From Candidatus Jordarchaeales archaeon (GTDB lineage Archaea > Asgardarchaeota > Jordiarchaeia > Jordiarchaeales > Freyrarchaeaceae): 32,000 bases of DNA. Shown here piece after piece: positions 16,227 through 25,190 of the stretch; positions within the stretch are counted from its first letter, which is position 1; each line of letters opens with the position of its first letter. The stretch covers positions 30,545-62,544 of the forward strand of contig JAWCFL010000011.1 of assembly GCA_038858525.1 (NCBI GenBank), in the 5' to 3' direction. The position numbers were made by a program, and so were the translations under genes. The notes under the pieces are model-generated. The model saw only the letters and a list, made by a program, of their open reading frames with translations. It ran no database searches and had not been told where the DNA came from.

Positions 16227-16297
16227 GTTTCCAGTGTAATATTAATGGATATATTTGCCGGAAGTTAAGCATTATTCACCTTTGTTTCCAGTGGAAG
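16227..16297 (+). promoter_or_regulatory. cdc6 promoter region: mini-ORB, TATA-like box and ORB
   Basis: GTTTCCAGTGTAAT 16227-16240, ATATATTT 16249-16256, GTTTCCAGTGGAAG 16284-16297. Confidence 0.65.
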
Positions 16298-16317
16298 TAG
16301 GAAAAGTGGTGGTTTGT

Positions 16318-17565
16318 TTGGGTGAACGTTCTCTTGAGGCGCTTTTTGAAAGGTTTCTCTCAACCAAGATCTTCAAGAATCGTGACGTGTTGAGTCATAC
16401 TTATGTTCCTGACGAGTTACCTCACCGTGACGAGCAAATAGAGAAGGTTGGGTTAATTCTCGCCTCAGCTCTTAAGGGCGGCACTCCTTCGAACGTTTTC
16501 ATTTATGGAAAGACGGGTACAGGTAAGACTGCTGTCGTACGCTTCGTTCTTAAGCACCTTGTTGCTAAGTGTCACGAGCTGAATGTGCCTGCTCCCTTAC
16601 CCGCTTACCTTAACTGTAGAATTGTAAACACTAATTATCGTGTTCTGGCTCGGCTTTGCTCCTACTTAGGTGTCGAGGTTCCCTTTACGGGTCTGCCTAC
16701 CGATGAGGTTTACAGTAGGTTTAGGGACGTGCTTGATAGCAGGGACGTGTTGATGATAATCGTGCTCGACGAGGTTGAACGGTTAGTTGAGCGGGACGGT
16801 AGTAACGTCCTCTACGACCTAACTAGGATGAATCACACTGTTCTTAAGCGGGCGCGCGTCAGCATAATAGGCATCACGAATGACTTAACGTTCAAGGATA
16901 ACCTTGATCCTAGAGTGCTGAGTAGCTTAGGGGAAGAAGAGCTAGTTTTCCCGCCTTACACTGCCGCTGAGCTCAGGGACATTCTTTGGCAGAGGGCTCA
17001 GCTTGCCTTCAGAGAGGGCGCTCTTGAAGGTCCAGGAGTCATCAATCTTTGCGCAGCTATAGCCGCTAAGGAGCACGGGGACGCCCGTCGCGCCCTAGAC
17101 TTGCTTAGAGTCGCTGGCGAGATAGCTGAGCGGGAGGGCGCAGAAAAGGTTTCCGAAGAGCATGTGAGAGCCGCTCAACACGTCATCGAGCGAGATCACC
17201 TGGTTGAGGCACTGAGAACTCTCCCTATGCATTCTAAGCTTGTACTTTACACTATTTTTGAGTTGACTAAGCAGGGAAGGGGTAAAGCTAGGACCGGGGA
17301 CATATACAACTACTACTTGAACGTTTGCAGGCGTCTACATGTTGAGCCGTTAACTCAGAGGCGGGTTAGTAGCCTTATAAATGAGCTTGACATGCTGGGT
17401 GTCGTTGCGGCTCATCTTAAAAGCAGAGGACGCCATGGGCTCTCGAAAGAAGTGAAACTCAACGTTTCAGTAAATCAAGTCAAACAAGTCTTAGAGGAGG
17501 ATTCATTCATAAAGAAGCTTTCATCCAGTGACTCGTCTCCTCTCTTTGAGGCTAGTCCCCAGTAA
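16318..17565 (+). CDS. cdc6: Orc1/Cdc6 replication initiator
   Basis: IFKNRDVL..TYVPDELPHRDEQI, Walker A GKTGTGKT, Walker B VLDEVE, RVLSSL, FPPYT, GDARRALDLLR, C-terminal WH (LTQRRVSSLINELDMLG, GRHG). Start re-assigned to TTG 16318. Confidence 0.96.
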   Translation: MGERSLEALFERFLSTKIFKNRDVLSHTYVPDELPHRDEQIEKVGLILASALKGGTPSNVFIYGKTGTGKTAVVRFVLKHLVAKCHELNVPAPLPAYLNCRIVNTNYRVLARLCSYLGVEVPFTGLPTDEVYSRFRDVLDSRDVLMIIVLDEVERLVERDGSNVLYDLTRMNHTVLKRARVSIIGITNDLTFKDNLDPRVLSSLGEEELVFPPYTAAELRDILWQRAQLAFREGALEGPGVINLCAAIAAKEHGDARRALDLLRVAGEIAEREGAEKVSEEHVRAAQHVIERDHLVEALRTLPMHSKLVLYTIFELTKQGRGKARTGDIYNYYLNVCRRLHVEPLTQRRVSSLINELDMLGVVAAHLKSRGRHGLSKEVKLNVSVNQVKQVLEEDSFIKKLSSSDSSPLFEASPQ

Positions 17566-19066
17566 AGTCCAGCTGAGCCACCCAGAAGTCCTTCAAATTA
17601 ACGATGTACGGTTTTCCGGGTGTTGGTGTTAAGCCCATGGCTTTCTGATAATCTGTTTGGTCCTGAAATGTCCCTGAGTTTATCACGGTCACACCGCGAT
17701 AATTTTCTTGCCCATTCACGTGAAGGTGGCCACAATGAAAAATATCTGGGACCTTCTCGATAACTAAGAGGTCCATTGGTTCAGGGGACAATGGCGTTGA
17801 ACCATAGACTGGCGCTAAATGTCTTCCTCTAAGAAGCTCTATCATTGCTTTTTCCGGGTAGTGTGAGTCTATTGATAGAGCTGTCATCACGTCATTCAGC
17901 GGGTCTCCATGAAAGCATAACACCTCAACGCCGTGTATTCTAAAGTATGCTGGGTCTCCAAGCATTTCGACTCCTATTTCGTAAAGTGGTTCACTGTAAT
18001 CTTTAGGTATGGCTGGCTGGGGTAATGCTTGCCTAGTTGCATCGTGCCCGCCCGGTATAGCTATAGTCTTAACGTAGTCTGGTACGTTTTCAAGATGCCT
18101 CGCTGCTATTTCGTATTGCGCGTAGAGTTCCTCGACGACGAGCTCCTTCTCTTGATTCGGGTAGACTCCGACTCCATCCACTATGTCTCCTCCAATTACC
18201 AAGTATTTAACTTGTTTTGCCAAGCTTCTGCTTTTCTCGTCCCCTCTTTTGCCCTGAAGCCATTCTAGGAACCTTGTAAATGGTTTCTCCATGAATTTCT
18301 TGCTGCCGAAATGCGTGTCTGAAATGAAGACCGCCATTATGGGTTCATCAGCCCTCCTAGGTTTGTGATCGAATGGTATGTCGGGCCAAATGATGTTATC
18401 AGCCACAACGAACGCTCCATTACTCCTACCTTCCACGCAGACTACTTGGTCCAGCATAAGGTGTCGCGCCTTGTCTGTTAAGTTGCTCGGGATTAGAACG
18501 CTGACCACACCGTCAAGATCCTCAAGTTCTATGACCATGGAGCCACTTCGAGCCCTCGAAATTTCCCTGACTAATCCTATTAACTTGACTTCCTCGGCTC
18601 TGCCTACTTCACATGTCCTACATATCCCTTTTATGTCCCCCCTTTTCAGAAAGAGGTTGCTGAGACGCATATATCTATCCTTGAAGTAATTAACAAAGTC
18701 GTCTAGGGACCCACTGGTTCCTATCATCTTTGTTGGATCCATCACCACTTCAAAATCTTCATCTACTTCCCTAGCGGTTAGGGCCGGCTTAGGCTTCAAG
18801 CCTGGAGGAATTATACTTTGTGCTTCCTCGCTTTTAGGAGCTTTTACATTAGTTGCTTCTCGGGGCTCCTCTTTTTCAATTAGCTTCCTAATATCTTCCT
18901 CTGTTAGGACAAGTGTTCCCTCTGTGGCCTTAACCTTACTTATGACTAAGGAAGCTAAGCTAGGCTCAAGTGCCAATATGACGTCTAGCGCTCTGGGAGT
19001 AACTTGCAGTCCGGCTTCAAGCAACTCCTTAACTGTTCTCTTTGCAACCTGCGATGTCCCTATCAA
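17552..19066 (-). CDS. dp1: DNA polymerase D small (proofreading exonuclease) subunit DP1
   Basis: OB fold (LIGLVREI...LEDLDG), calcineurin-like motifs SDTHFGS, GDIVDG..VYPNQ, PGGHD, HG, HLAP, HCGHLH, NSGTFQ.QT. Confidence 0.94.
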   Translation of the reverse strand: MIGTSQVAKRTVKELLEAGLQVTPRALDVILALEPSLASLVISKVKATEGTLVLTEEDIRKLIEKEEPREATNVKAPKSEEAQSIIPPGLKPKPALTAREVDEDFEVVMDPTKMIGTSGSLDDFVNYFKDRYMRLSNLFLKRGDIKGICRTCEVGRAEEVKLIGLVREISRARSGSMVIELEDLDGVVSVLIPSNLTDKARHLMLDQVVCVEGRSNGAFVVADNIIWPDIPFDHKPRRADEPIMAVFISDTHFGSKKFMEKPFTRFLEWLQGKRGDEKSRSLAKQVKYLVIGGDIVDGVGVYPNQEKELVVEELYAQYEIAARHLENVPDYVKTIAIPGGHDATRQALPQPAIPKDYSEPLYEIGVEMLGDPAYFRIHGVEVLCFHGDPLNDVMTALSIDSHYPEKAMIELLRGRHLAPVYGSTPLSPEPMDLLVIEKVPDIFHCGHLHVNGQENYRGVTVINSGTFQDQTDYQKAMGLTPTPGKPYIVNLKDFWVAQLDFTGD

Positions 19067-19538
19067 AGTTTCCGCCCTGCTTATCTCTTAAACCAAAACA
19101 CACTATAAATTTTTGTGTGATCCGTCTCTTAACTAAAGTAGAAGTTCACCCTGAGTTTCCGCGTTTTTGTTTTTACCTTTCACTTAAAAGAATAACCATT
19201 TATTAATACTTCAAGTTGCGTCGCCTCTTACAAATGACAAGTAGCTTAAAGATTCCTCATTGTAAGCTCTTTAGCCTAAGACCTAAGACGCATTTGCTCG
19301 CTCTTTTTCGAAAAAGCAAATCACTAAACTCTCTCCCAACTTCTTCATTTGCAAAGGTTCTCCAACCAATGAGAGGGTTTTGCACATTTTCGTTCTCTTA
19401 TGACTAATTTTACACATGAATATGCTTCGTTTAAATGAGACGGAATTTATTAAATTGAGTCCATAAAAAATATATAGTATTTGTAATTACGTGTTTTTGA
19501 ATTGAAATCGTTAAAGATCATAGTGGGAGGTTTATTAC

Positions 19539-20519
19539 GTGTCTAAGATGGAAATTAGGAAGCTTCAGAAAACTGGAGGTAGCACCTTCCTCTTAAGCCT
19601 TCCTAAGGGTTGGATTAAGCGTATGGGTCTTAAACAAGGAGACCTTGTAGCATTAATAGAAAGAGGGGACGGTGCCCTCCTTGTCGATCCTCGCTACTCT
19701 GAAAAGGAAAAAGTCAAAATGGCTATTATAGAAATTGACGCTAGCCCGAATTTTACAAGAGAAATAACCGCAAACTTCCTTTATGGTTATGACGTTATAC
19801 GGATCCGCTCGAAGAATGGCATCACGTCCGAGCAGAGAGATGCCATTAAGCGCTCGCTTCAACAACTTGTTGGCGTAGAAATAGTTGAGGAAAGCGCTAA
19901 GGAGATCACTCTCCAATGCTTACTTTCACCCTCAGCTCTTTCCCTAAAGAGAACGATAAAGAGAACTTACCTCATAGCTGCTAGAATGCAGGAGGACGCT
20001 GTGACCGCTATAAAGGACAAGGACCTTAACTTGGCAGAAAGTGTTGTGGTGAGAGACGAGGACATTGATAGGCTTTACTTTTTAATGGTCAGGCAGCTTC
20101 GCTCAGCGATAATGGAACCCTACTTAGCGGAGAAAATCGGCATCAGCCCCATAGAATGCTTAGATTACCGTGTCGCAATCAAAAGCATAGAGTCCATGGC
20201 AGACTACTCCGTCAAGATAGCCGAGCAAGTCCACCTCATACTTGACGCTAAGATCCCGGAGAACGTTATTGAAAGCATCCTGAAAATAAATCGCATAGCT
20301 CATGAAATGCACTCTAACGCCATAGAAGCTCTCGTAAGGAAGGACGGAGTTTTAGCGTCAAAAACCATCGCGATGAAGCCTCAACGTAACCAAGCCGTAG
20401 AGGAAGCTTACAAGGCCCTTGCAAACGAATCAGTAGAAATATCTATTCCTCTCAGCACTGTAGTTGACATGCTAGACCGTATATCTGAATGCGGCGTTGA
20501 CATAGCTGACCTAGCATAA
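19539..20519 (+). CDS. AbrB/SpoVT-PhoU family regulator (archaeal phosphate-uptake regulator type)
   Basis: RKLQKTGGSTFLLSLPKGW AbrB domain followed by two PhoU-like bundles (DEDIDRLY, ESMADYS, DRISECGVDIA). Confidence 0.88.
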   Translation: MSKMEIRKLQKTGGSTFLLSLPKGWIKRMGLKQGDLVALIERGDGALLVDPRYSEKEKVKMAIIEIDASPNFTREITANFLYGYDVIRIRSKNGITSEQRDAIKRSLQQLVGVEIVEESAKEITLQCLLSPSALSLKRTIKRTYLIAARMQEDAVTAIKDKDLNLAESVVVRDEDIDRLYFLMVRQLRSAIMEPYLAEKIGISPIECLDYRVAIKSIESMADYSVKIAEQVHLILDAKIPENVIESILKINRIAHEMHSNAIEALVRKDGVLASKTIAMKPQRNQAVEEAYKALANESVEISIPLSTVVDMLDRISECGVDIADLA

Positions 20520-20570
20520 GCTCAAAAAGACCATTAACTATTATGTTTTGAGCATAAGGAGGGATGTCTC

Positions 20571-21434
20571 ATGAAGTCGATAGATGAAATGGCTCGTGAA
20601 ATACAGTCTCGCTTCAAAATCGTTGGTAGGCTAGAGGAGCTAAAGAAGGCACTAGCCGCTAAACTAGCGTCCCGCCACCTTCTAATAGAAGGGGAAGTGG
20701 GTGTTGGAAAGACGACACTGGCGGACGCAATAGCGAGATACTTTAACCAGCCAATGTTCCGAGTTGACGGCGATGAACGTTACACGGAGGCTAAATTAAC
20801 AGGGTGGTTTGATCCTCCAGCAGTAATGAAGTACGGCTACACGAAGGACGCTTTTGTTCCGGGGCCCCTTACTCTCGCCATGCTTGAAGGCGGCATTCTA
20901 TTCGTAAACGAAATAAACCGTTTAAGTGAGTCTACGCAGAATGTTTTCCTTCCTGTTATGGATGAAGGCAAATTGGGGATCCCGAAGATAGGCGAGATCA
21001 CAGCGAAGGACGGATTCTTCATCATAGCCACGCAGAACCCTCTTGAGCATGTTGGTGTAACCGCTTTAGGTGAAGCATTAAGAGACCGTTTCTGCTGGAT
21101 ACGAATCGACTACCAGAGTGAAGAAGAAGAAAGAGAAATAGTGGCACTCAAATCCGGCTGCTCCAACCCTGATATAATACGGTTGGCAGTAAAAATAGTG
21201 AGAGCAACCCGCACACATGAGGATCTGCGGAGGGGGGCGTCAGTTAGAGGCGCTATCGACATTGCGCGTCTCCTATCTCACTACAACGGCACCCAGGTGA
21301 CTTCGAAGGACTTGTGGGTTCAAGTTGCAGTAATGGCTCTTGGCACACGTGTCGAACTCGAGGACGGTGTCGGCAAGACGGTTGAAGAAGTCATAAGGGA
21401 AATTGTAGACGAATGCTTTGAGGATTTTCGGTAA
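20571..21434 (+). CDS. MoxR/CoxD-like AAA+ ATPase
   Basis: LLIEGEVGVGKT, FVPGPL, Walker B variant LFVNEINR, IATQNP, ALRDRF, GASVR. Confidence 0.88.
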   Translation: MKSIDEMAREIQSRFKIVGRLEELKKALAAKLASRHLLIEGEVGVGKTTLADAIARYFNQPMFRVDGDERYTEAKLTGWFDPPAVMKYGYTKDAFVPGPLTLAMLEGGILFVNEINRLSESTQNVFLPVMDEGKLGIPKIGEITAKDGFFIIATQNPLEHVGVTALGEALRDRFCWIRIDYQSEEEEREIVALKSGCSNPDIIRLAVKIVRATRTHEDLRRGASVRGAIDIARLLSHYNGTQVTSKDLWVQVAVMALGTRVELEDGVGKTVEEVIREIVDECFEDFR

Positions 21435-21592
21435 GAGAGGAGGCCCAGCCCTCCGATGAGACTAAACGCATAAATCCCTTCTCGGCTTTCGACCTCCTCC
21501 TAGAGGAAATCTCCCTGGGCTCAGCACCTCCTTACGTTTACACAGACCTCGCAAGAAACCTTGACTATGCCTCCATAAAAAGAGCCGCCGAA

Positions 21593-22504
21593 ATGGCGTT
21601 AAAATGTGGAAACCTTTCAGCCATCAAGGGCCTCTCAAAAGTGAACCCTGTCGCCGTCTCTGACGTCTTCTCATGTCCTGACGCAGCTCTCCTGGTTGCT
21701 AGGCGCCTATCCCGCGGCGACGTCCAAAGCCCTGTAGAACTTTACGTTCTGTTGCGTGGCAATCTTCGCTACAAGTATAGGCAAATTTTCAGAAGACTGG
21801 CGAAGATGGCGGTTCTCAAAACGTCCCTCAGGATCAGCGGGCGCGGACTTAAAGGGCCATTAAGAAGAAGGGTGCCTTATTACCCTGGATTAATGGAGTT
21901 CGATGATGAGTCGATGATTGAATCCTTTTTGGAGAAAGGATACCTCTCATACGAGGATGTAGTTGGACTGGAGTCCCGCTCGCAAGCTAAATCTAGCGTG
22001 CTTCTCTTCGACTCCAGTGGAAGCATGACCGAAGAGAAACTTTTCAACGCGGCTCTTTCGACAGCAGTCTTAGCTTATCATATGCGAAACGAGGATTACG
22101 CGGTTATAGGGTTTGGAACCCGTGCCTTCACCCTTAAAAAAATCGGTGAGAGAAAGGACATAGGTAAAGTGGTTGAGGAAATACTAGACATAATTTCTAT
22201 AGGTTACTCAAATATAAGCGACGCACTCTCGGTTGGGCTAAAAGAGCTTTCCAAAGTAAAGCATAAAGGAAAACGCTGGGGAGTTCTAATAACGGACGGT
22301 GAGTGGAATGTGGGAGGAGACCCCACGCCGTTGGCAGCCAAGTTTCCAACCCTTCATGTTATAGCAACTCCAAGCAAGGGTAAAATAGCGGAACATGGCT
22401 TGAAAACATGTAAAGAGCTGGCCAGCGCGGGCAGAGGGCGCTTTATGGTTGTAAAAAACTTCTCAGAAATTCCCCGCCTACTCATAAAGCTACTTCTATC
22501 ATGA
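21593..22504 (+). CDS. vWA (MIDAS) domain protein, CoxE-like partner of MoxR; frame is open upstream to 21422
   Basis: LLFDSSGSM (DxSxS), YSNISDAL, LITDGEWN. Confidence 0.85.
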   Translation: MALKCGNLSAIKGLSKVNPVAVSDVFSCPDAALLVARRLSRGDVQSPVELYVLLRGNLRYKYRQIFRRLAKMAVLKTSLRISGRGLKGPLRRRVPYYPGLMEFDDESMIESFLEKGYLSYEDVVGLESRSQAKSSVLLFDSSGSMTEEKLFNAALSTAVLAYHMRNEDYAVIGFGTRAFTLKKIGERKDIGKVVEEILDIISIGYSNISDALSVGLKELSKVKHKGKRWGVLITDGEWNVGGDPTPLAAKFPTLHVIATPSKGKIAEHGLKTCKELASAGRGRFMVVKNFSEIPRLLIKLLLS

Positions 22505-22522
22505 ACGCTGGCTGCCTCCCTT

Positions 22523-23416
22523 TTATTTCTCTGATGCAAACCTCCAAAACTCCTCTACCGCTGCGGACATCTTCCTTCTTTTGTCTCTAACAAGATACAG
22601 CACACGCTCGACGTCCCACCCTTCCACCTCAATGATCTTGACCAGTCCAGCGGCCTCTGCCTTCCTGGCAGCAGTCTCAGACAAAACGGTTATCCCAAGC
22701 CCCACAGACACCGCGTTTATCACCGCTTCCGTGCTGCCAGCTTCCAGTGATATCTTCACCTTGTCAAGAGGAACTCCCAGCTGCATGAAAGCTCTTTCTG
22801 CCTCAATTCTGGTTCCCGATGTTTTTCCCCTAAACACAAATGGGTAACGTAAGCAATCCTCCAATGTAACTTTCTTTTTCATCGCAAGCTCATGGTTAAC
22901 TGGACATATGAAAACAAGTCTTTCTCTTCCGATAGGCGTTACCTCTATCTCCTTAGCACTCGCCTCCATAAGGCTTCCCACAGCTGCTAGGTCAGCCTCT
23001 CCCCTAAGTAGCTTCTTTAAGGCTCCACCAGTATCTAACACCTCGATCTCAAAACTGATCTTCGGATTCTTTTCTTTGAATCGAGCCACTAATTCAGGAA
23101 GAATGTGCTCCCCTGGAATAGTGCTCGCTACAAGTATTATTTTTTCCTCCCCCTCTCCCTCCATCTTTCTTAGCTCCTCCTTAATCTTCTCTACTAGTTC
23201 TAGAATCTCCTTAGCTCTCTTCAGCAGTGCTTCACCTTCCTTGGTTAACCTTACTGTTCTCCTACTCCTATCAAAAAGAGTTACACCAAAAAATTTCTCG
23301 AGCGCAGCTATGTGATTGCTTACTGTGGCTTGGGTCACTCCCAGCTCTCTAGCAGCCCTAAGGAACCCGCCCTTCTCCACAACCTCAACAAACGTTCTAA
23401 AGTACTCTATCCTCAT
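22523..23416 (-). CDS. LysR-family transcriptional regulator
   Basis: FRTFVEVVEKGGFLRAARELGVTQATVSNHIAALE..LFDRS.R.V.LT..G, plus a substrate-binding domain with ASTIPGEHILP. Confidence 0.93.
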   Translation of the reverse strand: MRIEYFRTFVEVVEKGGFLRAARELGVTQATVSNHIAALEKFFGVTLFDRSRRTVRLTKEGEALLKRAKEILELVEKIKEELRKMEGEGEEKIILVASTIPGEHILPELVARFKEKNPKISFEIEVLDTGGALKKLLRGEADLAAVGSLMEASAKEIEVTPIGRERLVFICPVNHELAMKKKVTLEDCLRYPFVFRGKTSGTRIEAERAFMQLGVPLDKVKISLEAGSTEAVINAVSVGLGITVLSETAARKAEAAGLVKIIEVEGWDVERVLYLVRDKRRKMSAAVEEFWRFASEK

Positions 23417-23585
23417 CCGTCACCCCTCTCTTTTTCCAGTATTTCCCAATGTACCATAAAAAATTTTTGATAAATGACACATATAAGATAACGTTTTGAT
23501 CAATAAAACAAATTATCTTTTAGAATTTATAAAGATAAGTCCCCCGACACTCTATTAAAAACAAACTGAGAACGAAACTATAAAA

Positions 23586-23739
23586 TGGTGCGGGGGGTGG
23601 GATTTGTTCCCGCAGCAACGGATTGAACCCACGAACGCCTACGCCCACCTGGACTGCGCGACAGGATTCTGAGTCCTGCCCCTATAGCCGCTTAAACTTT
23701 GACTTAGCCTGCAGGCGCATCTGGCTTGGGTACCCCCGC
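23586..23739 (-). tRNA. tRNA-Leu: tRNA-Leu(CAG) with four non-canonical introns (18/19, 21/22, 45/46, 58/59); CCA genomically encoded
   Basis: Removing 23704-23720, 23684-23698, 23646-23659 and 23604-23622 gives an 89-nt type II cloverleaf: acceptor GCGGGGG/CCCCCGC, A73, CCA, anticodon arm CAGGA-CTCAGAA-TCCTG, T arm GTGGG-TTCAAAT-CCCAC. Anticodon at 23669-23671. Confidence 0.88.
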
Positions 23740-23789
23740 ATCTACCGCCAATCACCTTCATTATGGCTTCCTCAAAAATTTTTTGATTT

Positions 23790-25190
23790 TTAACTCTTAA
23801 TGTTTGCAACAGTTTTCTCCGCGATGAGCTCCGCGACTCGTTCAGCTTTCCGTTTAAGCTTTTCTGTTATGTACCCTTTAATGAATGCTTCTTCGAGAGC
23901 GTTTTTGTCTATTATTTTTACGGTTCCGTTAGGGAATTGTATGACGTCAATCTCCAAGTCTATATATCTGATCCTATTGGGATATAGCTCTATGGGTGTG
24001 TTTATGTTGTAGAATGTTCCTTTAAGTTCTCCTTTTTTAGAGTAGTATTCCGTTTTGAATGTCCATTCCCCAACTTTTACTTGAGTTATGCCGTAGTCTC
24101 CGGCTTCCTTTGGTATGTTTAAGCCGTCGTAGTATCCCCCCGCCGTAAAACTTCTCTTTATGATCATCTCTTGATGGTCTCTCTTTTGAAGGAGCTTTCC
24201 ATGAAGGAGTATTACTTTTCCATTGAGTTTCACGTGTTCAAAGCGTACTTCATCGTTTTTGAAGGCGTTATCAATGACCATTTTTTGGAGTAATTGGCTT
24301 GCTTCTTCGCGTAGTTCTGGATGTCTTGAAATGAGTTCCTCTGCGAAGTCTACTATCTGTGCCACATCACTTCCTAACGCCTTATAGTAATGGTGCCCAT
24401 TTATTGTCGGAGCGACTCTCTCCCTTATGTTGTCTAGCTGTCTTTTGATACTCGCTGGAAACTCAGCGATCACAGTTTCATCACCCTCCCTTACTAGTGT
24501 TGGCTCATCTAAATCCGCTGAGATGTCTAAAATCCTCCTCATTTCCTCTTCTAGCTCCTCTATTTCTTTTGCGATTAGTGAGAGGTCTGCTTTTCCCGCC
24601 GCCGTCCTAAATATTACCCCCATGCCTGCCGGCTTCATCTTATTGCCAAGATGGTAGAGGATGTCACGTACCTCTCTATTTCTGATTTTGTTACTTATGC
24701 CAATATGCCCACCGAAAGTTAAGACCACATATTTCCCTGCGATTGCTATTTCTCCGGTTGCTTGCGGTCTAGGGTCAACTTCATACACTCTCAGGAGCTG
24801 TACTTCCCCTTCTTCTCTAGCTTTTTCATTTACGGGAACTTTTAGACACCCGATATCCGCTATTGCTTTTTCATCGTACTTTTTGATTATGCGTCCTACA
24901 TAAATGGCGTTTAAGTTAGCTTCTGCTTTACGGATAATCACATCTTCCAGCCCTTCTCTAATAACACTGACTACTTTTCCCAACGGTTCCCTTTCACCAG
25001 TTATAATTACTCCCTGCCTGTTCTTCGTGTCATAAACCTCTACATTTGGAGGGTTCATTGTTCTTTCAATTTTTAGTCTTTCAGCCAGTATAGCTGAACT
25101 TTGAGTTATTGAGAAGCCATGTTCTAGGAAAAGTTTGGAAAGTGCTGTAGCGTATATCCCTCTGACTCTAATTTGTATCTCTTCTCCCAA
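23790..25190 (-). CDS. fau-1: FAU-1-family RNA-binding protein/ribonuclease (RNase G-like N-domain + DUF402)
   Basis: IRVRGIYATAL, GVIFRTAA, PTINGHHYYK, G.YDGL, YNINTPIELYP..IRYIDLEIDV. Confidence 0.88.
   Translation of the reverse strand: MGEEIQIRVRGIYATALSKLFLEHGFSITQSSAILAERLKIERTMNPPNVEVYDTKNRQGVIITGEREPLGKVVSVIREGLEDVIIRKAEANLNAIYVGRIIKKYDEKAIADIGCLKVPVNEKAREEGEVQLLRVYEVDPRPQATGEIAIAGKYVVLTFGGHIGISNKIRNREVRDILYHLGNKMKPAGMGVIFRTAAGKADLSLIAKEIEELEEEMRRILDISADLDEPTLVREGDETVIAEFPASIKRQLDNIRERVAPTINGHHYYKALGSDVAQIVDFAEELISRHPELREEASQLLQKMVIDNAFKNDEVRFEHVKLNGKVILLHGKLLQKRDHQEMIIKRSFTAGGYYDGLNIPKEAGDYGITQVKVGEWTFKTEYYSKKGELKGTFYNINTPIELYPNRIRYIDLEIDVIQFPNGTVKIIDKNALEEAFIKGYITEKLKRKAERVAELIAEKTVANIKS

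Noticed and set aside
19216-19407. 63-aa ORF between DP1 and the PhoU-type gene
   Set aside because: Low-complexity S/L/K/F translation in a divergent-promoter region; no support.
23586-23610. tRNA 3' end as the attachment site of an integrated element carrying lysR/moxR/vWA
   Set aside because: I saw no duplicated tRNA 3' fragment and no integrase in the window, and the flanking genes look chromosomal.
23690-23723. Single ~34-nt D-loop intron instead of two introns
   Set aside because: It gives a less canonical D-loop (U at position 21) and no good bulge-helix-bulge. The two-intron parse yields the standard AGCCAGGTCAAAGGGG and valid helices.
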